Shown here in pieces: positions 26,540 through 36,845 of a stretch of 64,000 bases of DNA. Within the stretch, counting starts at the first letter, position 1. Each line of letters opens with the position of its first letter. Origin of the DNA: a virus (lineage: Duplodnaviria; Caudoviricetes). The translations under genes and the position numbers were made by a program. The notes under the pieces were generated by a model, which was not told where the DNA came from, made no database searches, and saw only the letters and a list, made by a program, of their open reading frames with translations. Location: positions 258 to 64,257 of IMG/VR virus record IMGVR_UViG_3300046543_000437. One strand, 5' to 3'.

Positions 26540-29500
26540 GCCAAATTCCTTTCTGGCGGGTTAAGAACAAGATTTTCCAGTTCCTCGATGCGCGCGGTCA
26601 ACTGTTGAAACGCGCGGATGTAGTAGGCGTCGAGCTGCTCGTGAATAATGCAGCGCATCGGGTCACCAGCAAGGTCGCCAATAACCGGAACGAGAGTCAC
26701 CGCATCAGGTATCAGTTCTTCAAGTTCCTGCGCGACAAGGCCGCAAGACACGGAAGACACGTCACGGGGCATCAGCTCGCGCCCCTTTTCAGTCCAATCA
26801 AACGCCCTCACGGGTATCGCGCCGATCACCGCCAGGGCATCGATCTCGCTGGCTCGGATGTTGAGCTTCAGTCGCGCGTCGGACCAACTGGCGTTGGGAG
26901 TGTAATTGAAGCCCGACGCTCCTTGGTCTGGACTGACCCCAAGATAGCCACCGCTGATTATGGCGAACGCCATCCAATCCCAGCCGCTGCCCTGCCAGTT
27001 CCCGATGCGCGCGCCTCCGTTCCCGGTGCCCCGAAACACACTGTTCGCAGTTATGTCGTTCCCCGCATAGACATTGCCGCCGCTGGTGACATAGCCACCG
27101 TGAACCTCGTTCGGGCAGTAGATGCCGCCGTTCGGTGCTTCGATGCACCAGCCGCCACCGTTCGCCTGAAGATGGTTTCCAGAGGTCATGCTGCCCGCGC
27201 ACCAGATGTCGCCCCGCGAGTAATGACCAGCGGCGTGAGTTGTCTGGTCGAAGTAGGCATACCCGCCGCTGTTGTAGATGCGGCAACCGCCGAAATTGAG
27301 GGCACTGCACGTCATTTCGCTGTCGGTATGGATCGGCGAGCCGGTCCACCACCAGCCGGTGTAGTTCTGGAACAGCAGGCCGTTGCAAAAGAGGCCACTG
27401 GTGGCATGAACATCCCAAGCGGTGAAGGTGCCGCCCGTGTTGATGTTGCCGCCTCGGTCGATTGTCACCCGGTCGCCATCGACGCTCGACCACAGGCGGG
27501 CGACACTGCCGGATGAATACCACTGCCAGTCGAAGTTAGCGTTCCCAGAGTCTCGGTTCTGGAACATAAATCCGCCAGTACTGCCGCTGGTGCGAACTTC
27601 GTTAGTGCATTCGATGTGAGCGGAACTGCGGATGTAGATCAGCCGAGAACTGTCACCTATGTAGATGTTGTTGTCGCCAGTATACAAGAGAAGCATATTT
27701 TGAGGATTGTTCGCGGAGTCTCTTCCTTGCACCCAGTTGTTTTGGGCCAAGATAAGATTGAGGCAATTCACATTGGCACAATAGATAGAGCCGTTATGCT
27801 GCGCGTCGCCGTTGGCGCGGAGCTGATGCATCGACGAGGCAGAAGAGTTGTAGACCATGAAACCAAGATTGCCCGTACCGGGCATAGCCACGATCCAGTT
27901 GCCGTCGCCGTAAATTATCGGACCATTGCCGGAACCAAGACCCGTGCGGAAGCCCCCAAAAGAAAGAGTAGAACCGCTACAGCCGATGTTCCCGGTGGTG
28001 TTAAGATTGCCGCGTGAAACGAGGTCAGAACAGGTGATCGGTTGGACAAAATAGGCCCACCCGCCGCTGTTGTAGAGCTGGCAACCGCCAAACCACAGAC
28101 TGCCGCCGGCCTGGATGTCACTGTCGCTGTGTATCGGTGAGGCAGTCCACCACCAGCCGCCGTTATTGCCCCACCAAATGCCGTTGACACCTGTACTGCC
28201 GTTGGCTTGGACGTTGCCGCCACATGTCAGACTTTGCTGGATCGTTGCATTGCCATTGGTGTCGATCTGAAACCTCATCTGACCAACACTCTCGTCGGCG
28301 ACATACCACCAGCCATTGTTGATGCAACCGCAACTCCAGACGCGAAGGCCGCCCACTTCATACCAAAGCCGAGCGTGGTTCCCGCTGGCCGCTACAATTC
28401 TGACATTATCGTTATTATTGAAGCGGATTGACGAGGCATCAATAGCAACGCCCACACCGCGTAATCTCGTACTCCAACCCGCGCCGCCGTCACCGATGTA
28501 GAAGTTGCCGTCGCTCGACATGAGGATGGCCGCGCGCCCGCCCTGCCACAGCCAGTTGTCTAGCGGCATGAAGATTTGTTGATTTGCGTAGAGGCTGTTG
28601 GTGACTGTTAAGTTGCCGTTGAAAGTCGAGCCACCGTTAGAAGTAAACCCGCCAGTGACCGCGATTCCGGCATTGGCATAAAGACCGCCGCCTACATCTA
28701 CTCGATGCCCCAGCGTCACGTTGCCAGAGGCGAGGTCCACCGTAAAGGGACGCAACCCGTTCCAAGTACCCCAAGCGTCATTGTTCGCGGTCAGCAACAG
28801 GTACATGGTGGACGGATCGGTGTACCACATCGATCCAATGCCGGTGCTGCCTGCGTTGGGCGACATGCGGTAGCTCGGCCCGCCACCTCTTTTTAGAAAC
28901 TGCCCAGCGGTAGTCACCCCGCCGTTGAGATTGAGGTTGCCACCGGGGATAAGTTGACCAACGGCCGCGCCGTTCACGACAAACTGAATTTCGCCAGCGC
29001 CGCCAGTGGCGGTTCCCCAGAATTGGATGCCCGGCCCGTTTGCATTCAGAAAACCGACCGTTCCGGCGTCGGTCGTTGCGTTGCCGCCAATCAGGAAATT
29101 GGGGCCACTGATATTACCTCCTGCGGTGATCGCGCCGCCCGCGTTGACTGCTCCAGGGATGTAGACGTGACCGTCAGCGTAGAAGCTGAAGAAGGAGACA
29201 GCGCCTGTCGCGGGACCGACGCGGATGTTCAGGTTGGTGCCGTCCGCGTTGTAGACGTACATCTGGGTGCCGCTAATGGCGAACCCGGTCCCTGCCGCGT
29301 AAACCGTGGAACCAGCATAGAGGTTACCGCTGGCGTCGATGCTCAGCCTGTCGGCACCGTTGTAAAGGCGAGTGATCCCGCCGACCGCGTACCAAAGCCA
29401 ACTGAGAGAGGTGTTTGCTCGATCTTGCCAGAGAATTTGAGCTGTGGTGCCGACCGCGTTGAGGCCCGTAGTGTTGATCCCGGCGTTCGCGGTGAGCATC

Positions 29501-30666
29501 CCGTTGATCGTGAGCGGCCCGGTCAGCGTCGTCGCACCGCTAATGTTGAGACTACCCCCGTTTATGTTGCCGGGAACCGCCAGGTTGCCGACGCCATCGA
29601 GAGACAGCAATTGCGTCAGCGGACCACTTACATTCGGGAAATCGTAGATCAACAGCCCGCCGCCGCCGCCACCGTTTCGGTTGATAAACCAATCAGTCTC
29701 GCCTGCACCATTGGAGAAGTTCCAACCAATCGCCGAGCCGCCGGTGTTGCCGATGCCGAACAGCGCATTGAGCTGCGCCCAAGTGTTGCCGCCGACGTTG
29801 ACTGAACCGATGCGTAACCCTGCCCCGGTGGAAACCTGGCCGGCAGCGATCAACTTTCCCCCGGCAGAGAGCGACATCGCTTGCCCGCCGGGATTGTTGT
29901 ACCAGATGAATGAGCCGTTGCCGGTGCCGAGCTGCGTCGTCATGTTGGTGCTGTCGGCATAGACGTAAGGCCCGCCAGCCGTCACACCGGAAAAATACAG
30001 CGTCGCCCCACCCATGAGGATATTCGACCCGGTGCGGATGAACCCCGGCGTGCTGATGCTCCCGCCACTGTCGAAGGTGACCCGGTCGCCTGATTGATCG
30101 TTCCACAACCGTGCGATGCCACCCTGCGCGTACCAGCCCCAGTTCGTCGTGCCAGCGCGATCTTGAAACGTGAGGATGGCAGTAGAGCCGGTCGAGCTAA
30201 TCGCGCCGGCAATCGTCAGCGAGCCGGCCGAATTGATCGCGCCTGTATTGGTGATGCCGTCCAGAACGCTTGTGCCGACGACCGTTAGATTTCCGGTTAC
30301 GTTGACATTATCGAACAAGTTGATCTTGCGATTACCCGATGCCGTTCCTGCACCGACGATATTCAGAGCATCGCTGGCATAGCCCCGGTAATCGATCGAC
30401 CCGGCGGCGAAGTCGTCACCAGGGCTGATCCCGAACCGCCAGCGATGCGCCCCAAACCCTGCCCATGCGCTGTACCCAGGATCGCCGACGGTCTTGTTGT
30501 AGAGGAACCCGTACATGGGATATTGCGTGCCGCCGAACACCGGCTCGTAGACGCCGCCCGATGGCACGCTCGCCATCCATTTGACGCCGTCCCACATCCA
30601 TGTCGACCAGCCGCTGGTGAACAGTTGACCTACGGTCAGGCCGGGTCCGCTCGGAAAATCGGCCAT
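26536..30666 (-). CDS. Long tail fibre with C-terminal peptidase S74 intramolecular chaperone
   Basis: G/N/W-rich repeats; WSDARLKLNI...GLVAQEL...AFQQLTARIEELE. Confidence 0.9.
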   Translation of the reverse strand: MADFPSGPGLTVGQLFTSGWSTWMWDGVKWMASVPSGGVYEPVFGGTQYPMYGFLYNKTVGDPGYSAWAGFGAHRWRFGISPGDDFAAGSIDYRGYASDALNIVGAGTASGNRKINLFDNVNVTGNLTVVGTSVLDGITNTGAINSAGSLTIAGAISSTGSTAILTFQDRAGTTNWGWYAQGGIARLWNDQSGDRVTFDSGGSISTPGFIRTGSNILMGGATLYFSGVTAGGPYVYADSTNMTTQLGTGNGSFIWYNNPGGQAMSLSAGGKLIAAGQVSTGAGLRIGSVNVGGNTWAQLNALFGIGNTGGSAIGWNFSNGAGETDWFINRNGGGGGGLLIYDFPNVSGPLTQLLSLDGVGNLAVPGNINGGSLNISGATTLTGPLTINGMLTANAGINTTGLNAVGTTAQILWQDRANTSLSWLWYAVGGITRLYNGADRLSIDASGNLYAGSTVYAAGTGFAISGTQMYVYNADGTNLNIRVGPATGAVSFFSFYADGHVYIPGAVNAGGAITAGGNISGPNFLIGGNATTDAGTVGFLNANGPGIQFWGTATGGAGEIQFVVNGAAVGQLIPGGNLNLNGGVTTAGQFLKRGGGPSYRMSPNAGSTGIGSMWYTDPSTMYLLLTANNDAWGTWNGLRPFTVDLASGNVTLGHRVDVGGGLYANAGIAVTGGFTSNGGSTFNGNLTVTNSLYANQQIFMPLDNWLWQGGRAAILMSSDGNFYIGDGGAGWSTRLRGVGVAIDASSIRFNNNDNVRIVAASGNHARLWYEVGGLRVWSCGCINNGWWYVADESVGQMRFQIDTNGNATIQQSLTCGGNVQANGSTGVNGIWWGNNGGWWWTASPIHSDSDIQAGGSLWFGGCQLYNSGGWAYFVQPITCSDLVSRGNLNTTGNIGCSGSTLSFGGFRTGLGSGNGPIIYGDGNWIVAMPGTGNLGFMVYNSSASSMHQLRANGDAQHNGSIYCANVNCLNLILAQNNWVQGRDSANNPQNMLLLYTGDNNIYIGDSSRLIYIRSSAHIECTNEVRTSGSTGGFMFQNRDSGNANFDWQWYSSGSVARLWSSVDGDRVTIDRGGNINTGGTFTAWDVHATSGLFCNGLLFQNYTGWWWTGSPIHTDSEMTCSALNFGGCRIYNSGGYAYFDQTTHAAGHYSRGDIWCAGSMTSGNHLQANGGGWCIEAPNGGIYCPNEVHGGYVTSGGNVYAGNDITANSVFRGTGNGGARIGNWQGSGWDWMAFAIISGGYLGVSPDQGASGFNYTPNASWSDARLKLNIRASEIDALAVIGAIPVRAFDWTEKGRELMPRDVSSVSCGLVAQELEELIPDAVTLVPVIGDLAGDPMRCIIHEQLDAYYIRAFQQLTARIEELENLVLNPPERNLA

Positions 30667-30682
30667 CCTTTAGGCTTCCCCT

Positions 30683-33175
30683 CTACGCCATAACAATAAT
30701 CTGTACAGCGCCAAAAGTAATTGGCGACAACGATACATTGCCGGTTGCAGCAAGCGCATCGTTCGCCTCAGTGACCGCCAGCGTACCTAAAATCGGCGGG
30801 AAGGCAGATACCACACCACTCGCGGAAATCGCGTCAGCAGCCTCTAGAACCGATAGCGTGCCGGTGCGTGGCGGCAGAGGCACGTTGCCGGTGGCGGCGA
30901 GCGTGTCGTTCGCTTCGGTGATCGCCAGCGCGCCACCGACAACCAGCCCACCCGCCGCCGCGAGCGCATCGTTCGCCTCGGTTACCGTCAGCGTGCCGTT
31001 GACCCTTGGCCCGCCCGCACCGGACAGCGTATCGTTCGCCTCGGTAACCGCCAGCGTACCGACTGTTTGATCGGCCCTGAATGCAGCAATCTTGGCGACG
31101 GCGATGGTGCCGCCAGGGATCGTCCACACCGGGTTGACTGCGGCGACTTGGCCTTGGCTTAGGTAAGCCATCGCCCCGCCTTCATTCGACCCCGACGTGA
31201 AGTTGATCGCGTTGGCGATCGTAAAGCCGCTATCGACAGCGCCGAAGCTTGACCCAGCCACGCCAGAACCCGCCGCCAGGATCAGTAGTTCCTTGTCGAT
31301 CGCTGGCGTGATCGAGCCGGGGCTGCATGATGTCGTCCCGGCGGCACCGTTCCTAAACTGATCCAGCGAGTAGTTGTAGTTTTTCGGCCCAGCGAAAGCA
31401 CCAACCGCAAGAACCGAGTTCGTATCGTTGGTTCCAGCCTGCGTGTAAGTAAAGATATGTCCCGTGCCGACAACCGGATTAGGACAAAAATAAATCTGGG
31501 TCAGCAGCTCGTTGCTGAGAACCTGATCGTAAGCCCCGGCAGGAAGAAAAATGTTTCCTTTGTTGTCTGTGATATTTGCTGGGGCGGTATAGTTTCCCCC
31601 ATACATCGTAAAAGTTAGGGCGATGAAGTTCGTCCCGGTCGTATCGATCGCCGCCGTTATGTTGGTTACCCCAGAAGGACTCGCGTGAGCGGTCCTTGCC
31701 ATCAAGACCCAATCTGACCCACCGACAGCGGCGATCGTGTCGTTCGCCTCGGTGACCGCCAGATTTCCGGTGGCTGGCGCGACGACGCTGGAGAGAGCCT
31801 TAAACGAGGCGATCTTGGCAACCGACCGGGTTGCTGCGGGCGTCGACCAGACCGGGTTTGCCGCCGCCGCAGCACCCACCTGTATCAGGTAAGCAAGCCC
31901 GCCGCCCTCGTTGACCCCCGCAGCAAAACTGATAGCGTCGGTGATCGTGAAGCCGCCCGTGATGGCGGTGATGCTCGAACCGGCGACCCCCGCGCCGACG
32001 CCGGTAACCAGCAACTCGTCAGGGGCAGTCGGCGTGATCGAGCCGGTGCTAGCCGTCGTCGTCCCGGCAGGGCCGTTGCTGCCCTGATCGAAGGCGTAAT
32101 CGCCCAACCCGGCAAAGGCAGCAACCGTCAGAACCGAATTGGTATCGTTGCCGTTTGGGTTATTGACCGAAAAAATATGTCCTGGCCCAACATTCGGAGC
32201 TAGGCAGTAATAAAGATGCGTAAATATTTCAGCGGTGTTTGTCGCCTGCGTTCCGGCTGGAACGTAGTTGTTTCCTAGATTGTCTGTAACACTCAACGGG
32301 ACAGTGTAATTCCCGTTGTACATCGTAAAACCCAAGGCTATTAAATTAGCCCCGGTCGTATCGATCGCCGTCGCCGTCGTGTTCGTCGGTCCACTGACCG
32401 CTTGGGCGGTATGGGCGATCAGCCCCCATTTAGCTCCGTAGGGTATTCGGGCGAGGCTATCGTTTGCCTCGGTAACCGCCACCGTGCCACTGACCGGGCC
32501 GACGTAAGGGCGAAGGGCGATGACCATCGCCACCCATGACCGGCTGGTGCCGAGCGTCGGGGCATAGGTCAATCGCGCGCTGGTTACCAGACTGCCGCCA
32601 GCACCCGTCTCGTTGTTGGTTGCCGTGCCGCCCGTGGTGCCGATGCGCGTCGGCGGGACGGCCCAGCCGCCGGTCGCCTGCGTGAATGCATCGCCCTGCG
32701 GGCCGTTGGTCGCAACCCAGCCGATTGCCAGCGAATTGGCGAGCGCCGGGGCGACAGCCATCTGGACCGATGGCGCTGTACTCGACCCAGTGGCAAAGGC
32801 CGTGACCGTCGTATCGACCGGCGTCGTCGCATCGACGCCCATCGCATAGAACGCCGACACGGCACCGGCAGTGGCGGCAGAGTAGGTAACGGTGAGCGTC
32901 GTGCCTGCCGCGATCTGCGCGCCGGCATTCAGCCCGGTAAAGATCGCCCCGTAAGACGTGGTCCCGGCTTGCGAAACCTGTCGGGTAAAAGTGATGCCGC
33001 CAAACGAAACCGCGTTGGCGAGCGCGCTAACCGGAAAGCCGGCCGCGCAGACGACTACCAGGCCGTTGGTCGGAACCGCCGCCGTCGAGGCAAACGAAAC
33101 CGTCGTTCCGGTCTTGACGGTCCCGGTGCCGAGGGCGTTAGGAACGCCTACTAGGGCGACGACCTCATCGGCCAC
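30683..33175 (-). CDS. Virion/fibre protein with a duplicated ~200-aa domain and GTLAVTEANDTL repeats
   Basis: Two copies of AIDTTG.N.IAL.FTMY...DTNSVL...GSITP...NEGG..AYL; seven TEAND-like repeats. Confidence 0.75.
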   Translation of the reverse strand: MADEVVALVGVPNALGTGTVKTGTTVSFASTAAVPTNGLVVVCAAGFPVSALANAVSFGGITFTRQVSQAGTTSYGAIFTGLNAGAQIAAGTTLTVTYSAATAGAVSAFYAMGVDATTPVDTTVTAFATGSSTAPSVQMAVAPALANSLAIGWVATNGPQGDAFTQATGGWAVPPTRIGTTGGTATNNETGAGGSLVTSARLTYAPTLGTSRSWVAMVIALRPYVGPVSGTVAVTEANDSLARIPYGAKWGLIAHTAQAVSGPTNTTATAIDTTGANLIALGFTMYNGNYTVPLSVTDNLGNNYVPAGTQATNTAEIFTHLYYCLAPNVGPGHIFSVNNPNGNDTNSVLTVAAFAGLGDYAFDQGSNGPAGTTTASTGSITPTAPDELLVTGVGAGVAGSSITAITGGFTITDAISFAAGVNEGGGLAYLIQVGAAAAANPVWSTPAATRSVAKIASFKALSSVVAPATGNLAVTEANDTIAAVGGSDWVLMARTAHASPSGVTNITAAIDTTGTNFIALTFTMYGGNYTAPANITDNKGNIFLPAGAYDQVLSNELLTQIYFCPNPVVGTGHIFTYTQAGTNDTNSVLAVGAFAGPKNYNYSLDQFRNGAAGTTSCSPGSITPAIDKELLILAAGSGVAGSSFGAVDSGFTIANAINFTSGSNEGGAMAYLSQGQVAAVNPVWTIPGGTIAVAKIAAFRADQTVGTLAVTEANDTLSGAGGPRVNGTLTVTEANDALAAAGGLVVGGALAITEANDTLAATGNVPLPPRTGTLSVLEAADAISASGVVSAFPPILGTLAVTEANDALAATGNVSLSPITFGAVQIIVMA

Positions 33176-33195
33176 GGCTCACCCCTCTTGGGGCA

Positions 33196-33579
33196 TTAAG
33201 CGTTTCCGCTGGTGACCGTGAACGAAGTGACGCTGACCGTCTGCCCGCTGGTGATCGACGTATTGTTGAGGACGAGGTCGGTCGTGCAGTTACCCTGAAC
33301 ATGACAAACGGACGAGCCGTCATACATGCGAAAGCTCGCCGCCGTGCCAGTGGCAGAAGCATTGACGCTCCAAGTGCCAGCAATGGTCGTCTGACCGCTG
33401 GCGCTGGTCAGGAAGCTGGCGGGCAGCGTAATCGTTGCGAGCAGCCCAGCAGGATCGGCGGCGGCGCAGTTGGCGGGTTCGGCACCGCTGAAGATTTTGA
33501 GCGTGCCGCTGGCCCCGATCGACGCTTGAATCTGTGCCGCCTGATTGGTCCGCAAAGCCACGCCGTACTGAAAAGCCAT
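33196..33579 (-). CDS. Virion structural protein
   Basis: LKIFSGAEP..., ATGTAASFR, LVLNNTSITSGQTV motif typical of tail-region proteins. Confidence 0.75.
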   Translation of the reverse strand: MAFQYGVALRTNQAAQIQASIGASGTLKIFSGAEPANCAAADPAGLLATITLPASFLTSASGQTTIAGTWSVNASATGTAASFRMYDGSSVCHVQGNCTTDLVLNNTSITSGQTVSVTSFTVTSGNA

Positions 33580-33590
33580 GACTGATCCCC

Positions 33591-36500
33591 TTAAGGCCGT
33601 TGCGCGATCACGGTGATGCCGATGTCGGCCAAGGTCGCGTCTTGCGATGCCGGCGCGACGAGCTGCACCACATCGCCCGCCACCAGAGAGGCTCCAGCGC
33701 CCGACAGGGTGCAGGAGGTTGCCGACGTGGTTGTGATCACGATGCTGCCGATTGCGGTCGTCGTGCCGCCCGAAATCTTGTTCACGGTGAAGGTCGCGTT
33801 GGCGGTGCTTCTCACGCTGTCATAGACCACTGATCCCGCCAAGGCGGCAGGGATGGACAACGCCATCCCGATGACCACGTTGAAGACCGCGCTGGCCGCA
33901 GGCTTACCCGGCAGGATGAAGGAGAGCGGCACGCTGCGGACATATCGGCGGGTTGCTGGCTGGAGGTTCGCGGTTGGGTCGGCGGCCAAGGTGAGCGCGC
34001 CGGTCATCGTTCCGCCGCCCGTGGGCAAAAATGAGGTCGAGGTCGAGATCGTCGGTGGCGACGTTCCGGTATCGATGCTGATGCCGGAACCGGCCACATA
34101 GCCGCTGCCATCAGCGCCTTGCGGACCTTGGAGATTTCCCTTCAACGCCCAAATGTTCGCGCCCGTCCCGGCGAGACGCAGTAGCGTTTCATGCCCATCG
34201 AGTGTCGAGATCAGAAACTCGACATTACCGTCGCCATCGAGGTCCGCGATCAATGGCGTTCCTTCGATCCCTGCCGGCATGCGGAACTGCCCGACCATCG
34301 CGCCCGCTTCACTATACGCGCCGACCGTCCCGCTCATGTCGCAGCTTACCGCGACGACGCCGCCATGCGATCCGAAGTCGACGATGCTTGGGCTGGAGTT
34401 GATCCCGATTCCACCGGGGGCAAGCTGGGCCTGCCAGTGCAAAGTGCCATCTGTATTGAAGCACCAGACGATGCCGAGATCGTTACCGACGACAAAGCGG
34501 CCATCGGCGAAAATCGCGGGCCGGTCGTCCACGTCCGCGCCCATATCGATGGTTGCGTGCTTCACTGCGCCCGTTTGACCATTCAAGACGTAGACATTGT
34601 TCGACCGGCTCGATGCGAGGATTTCGATCACACCATCGCCGTCGATGTCGGCGGCCGAGACGAACGCATCCATCCCATCATCGCCGGTCGAGGACGGCTT
34701 TGTTCGCCACTTCAGAGCGCCGGTCGCTGAGTTCAGGCAGTAAAAATAACCATCCACGCTGCCCACGCAGACTTCGGCCTGCCCGTCGCCATCTACGTCC
34801 ATAACGAGCGGAAACGGCTCGATGCTCTCCCCCGTCTGATAGCGCCAGACCATCGCGCCGGTCGTTGCGTTCAGCCGGACGATCTGCCCGTCGAAGCAAC
34901 AGACGTACAGCGCCGTACCGACGAGCGTCCCGGCATGCTGGTAGTAACCGTCGCTGTCGTAAGCAGGAATGACCTTGTAATGGCTAGTGGCGTCGGGGAT
35001 CGGCGAGAAGGCATCGTATGTCCAGATTTTGTTTGCATCGGTCTGAGAGATTTCGCGGGTTTGACCCGCGCCGGTCCCAGAGGTGATCTGAATGGAAGCG
35101 TTCTCGCCCTGAACCCCGCGAAAGTTAAAGCAGTTTGGCACCCAGTTCTTCGTCGTATCGGTGATGTTGAATTGAGTTGCCGAGGTCACCGTGCCGGTGC
35201 CTTCACGATCGTAGACGCTATGCCACTGCCAAATCCACCCGCCGGTCGAATTCAGGCACCGGACGGTGCCGTCGTGACTAGCGCCGAAGAACTCAGGCTC
35301 GCCGTCGCCGTTGACATCGCCCGCTTGGCAGCGACCGTAGCAGGAGTCCGCGAACGCATAGCGCCAGCGAACTGCACCGTTGGCATAGTCCAAGACGTAC
35401 AGGAACCAATCCCAAGTCTGAAAGACAACCCATTGGTTGACGCCCGCCGCTCGCGCATTGGCGAAGCCAGCCTTCGGGACAAGGATTGGCGAACTGTAGT
35501 TGGGTTCGCCGCCGGGAGTGTTCCAATTCCAGACCGTCGTCATCAGCAGACCGTTATTCGACTTCTGATAGAAGTCACCAGTGTCTGCGTCGATATAGAA
35601 GTCACCAATATTGCCGAGCGCGAGGGCAGGTATTCCAGAGCCTTCATACCATATCGAGCCGGGGGTTCCGGCTGAGCCGGCGGGTCCGGTCGGGCCACTC
35701 GGCCCCGGCGGTCCCGGCACTGTGCTGGCGGGTCCAGCAGGGCCGGTCGGGCCACTCGGCCCAGGTGGTCCCGGCACCGTGCTAGCGGGTCCAGCAGGGC
35801 CTGGAGGACCGGCTGGGCCAGTACCCGCAGTGATCGGAACGCCGTTGATATAATAGCCGCCCGTCACATTGACGGTCCCGGCACCCAAATCGCCGCCGGT
35901 CGGCATCCCCCCAGCAGCGGTGGTCAGCGCCAGCCCCCGGCTGAGCGACATCCGCAGGACTGAGTTGATCGTTCCCGGCGTGTTGGTGACGAACTCGATC
36001 GCCGCCCCGGCTGCGCTGTCCGTCCAATTCTCGGTGGCGCGTATCTGCACGCCCGCCACGGCTTGACTGTAGCCGGTCGCCAGCCGCCCGTTCGACCCGA
36101 AGAACCCGACGAGGTCGCCCACCTGTACAGCCGCTGGAGCCGCCGCGTTCCCGCGGGAGAAGCGGCAGAGGTAGAATGGGTTGCCGCTCGCGGTATTGGC
36201 ATAGGCATCGAGCATATGCCCGACACCTTCCGGTCCATCGTTCGACGCGAGAAAGAGTACCGGATAACCAACCGGCGCATGCGGTCTGCCAGGATTGATC
36301 GCGAGCGCGCCGGTAAGGGTGCCGCCTGCGAGTGGAAGCCCGCCCAAGGCTGCGAGCGCGGCGACCGGCGTCGTCGAATTGGTCCCGCCATTGGCAATCG
36401 AAACCGGCACCGCCAGACTGATAAAAACCTGACCGCTCGTTCCGCCGCCGGTCAGCCCGACGCCAGGAATGACGGCAGTGATCGAACCGCCGCCGCTGCC

Positions 36501-36842
36501 GTCACCCGTTCCCGGCGGGCCTTGCGGCCCCGGCTGATTTACAACCGCAACCCACTGTGCGCTGTTACCGTCGTCAAAATAAATGTAGAGTTGAGCGCCA
36601 AAGGAATCAAACCATAACGTCCCTGGATACGGGTTAGCTGGAGGTTGCGTACCAATAATAGCACGACCGATATAAGACCTACCCGGTATAGGCTCGAATA
36701 TCCACTTTCCACCGACAGCCATACCGTCACCAACGACGATATCTCCGTTGGAAACATTGATAACCACCTCGCCTTGCAGCGGCGTATAACTAGCAAGGCT
36801 GGTGTCTGTTCCTCTCGTTTGCTGAAGCTGTTTGTGCGACAT
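33591..36842 (-). CDS. Tail protein with collagen-like segment and PQQ/FG-GAP beta-propeller
   Basis: GPAGP repeats; DVNGDG.PE, DVDGDG, DIDGDG, DLDGDG blades; LNATTGAMVW. Confidence 0.85.
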   Translation of the reverse strand: MSHKQLQQTRGTDTSLASYTPLQGEVVINVSNGDIVVGDGMAVGGKWIFEPIPGRSYIGRAIIGTQPPANPYPGTLWFDSFGAQLYIYFDDGNSAQWVAVVNQPGPQGPPGTGDGSGGGSITAVIPGVGLTGGGTSGQVFISLAVPVSIANGGTNSTTPVAALAALGGLPLAGGTLTGALAINPGRPHAPVGYPVLFLASNDGPEGVGHMLDAYANTASGNPFYLCRFSRGNAAAPAAVQVGDLVGFFGSNGRLATGYSQAVAGVQIRATENWTDSAAGAAIEFVTNTPGTINSVLRMSLSRGLALTTAAGGMPTGGDLGAGTVNVTGGYYINGVPITAGTGPAGPPGPAGPASTVPGPPGPSGPTGPAGPASTVPGPPGPSGPTGPAGSAGTPGSIWYEGSGIPALALGNIGDFYIDADTGDFYQKSNNGLLMTTVWNWNTPGGEPNYSSPILVPKAGFANARAAGVNQWVVFQTWDWFLYVLDYANGAVRWRYAFADSCYGRCQAGDVNGDGEPEFFGASHDGTVRCLNSTGGWIWQWHSVYDREGTGTVTSATQFNITDTTKNWVPNCFNFRGVQGENASIQITSGTGAGQTREISQTDANKIWTYDAFSPIPDATSHYKVIPAYDSDGYYQHAGTLVGTALYVCCFDGQIVRLNATTGAMVWRYQTGESIEPFPLVMDVDGDGQAEVCVGSVDGYFYCLNSATGALKWRTKPSSTGDDGMDAFVSAADIDGDGVIEILASSRSNNVYVLNGQTGAVKHATIDMGADVDDRPAIFADGRFVVGNDLGIVWCFNTDGTLHWQAQLAPGGIGINSSPSIVDFGSHGGVVAVSCDMSGTVGAYSEAGAMVGQFRMPAGIEGTPLIADLDGDGNVEFLISTLDGHETLLRLAGTGANIWALKGNLQGPQGADGSGYVAGSGISIDTGTSPPTISTSTSFLPTGGGTMTGALTLAADPTANLQPATRRYVRSVPLSFILPGKPAASAVFNVVIGMALSIPAALAGSVVYDSVRSTANATFTVNKISGGTTTAIGSIVITTTSATSCTLSGAGASLVAGDVVQLVAPASQDATLADIGITVIAQRP

Positions 36843-36845
36843 CGC

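Noticed and set aside
26536-33175. Diversity-generating retroelement acting on the tail fibres
   Set aside because: No reverse transcriptase in the window. The internal repeats are in-frame protein duplications, and I saw no adenine-specific TR/VR pair.
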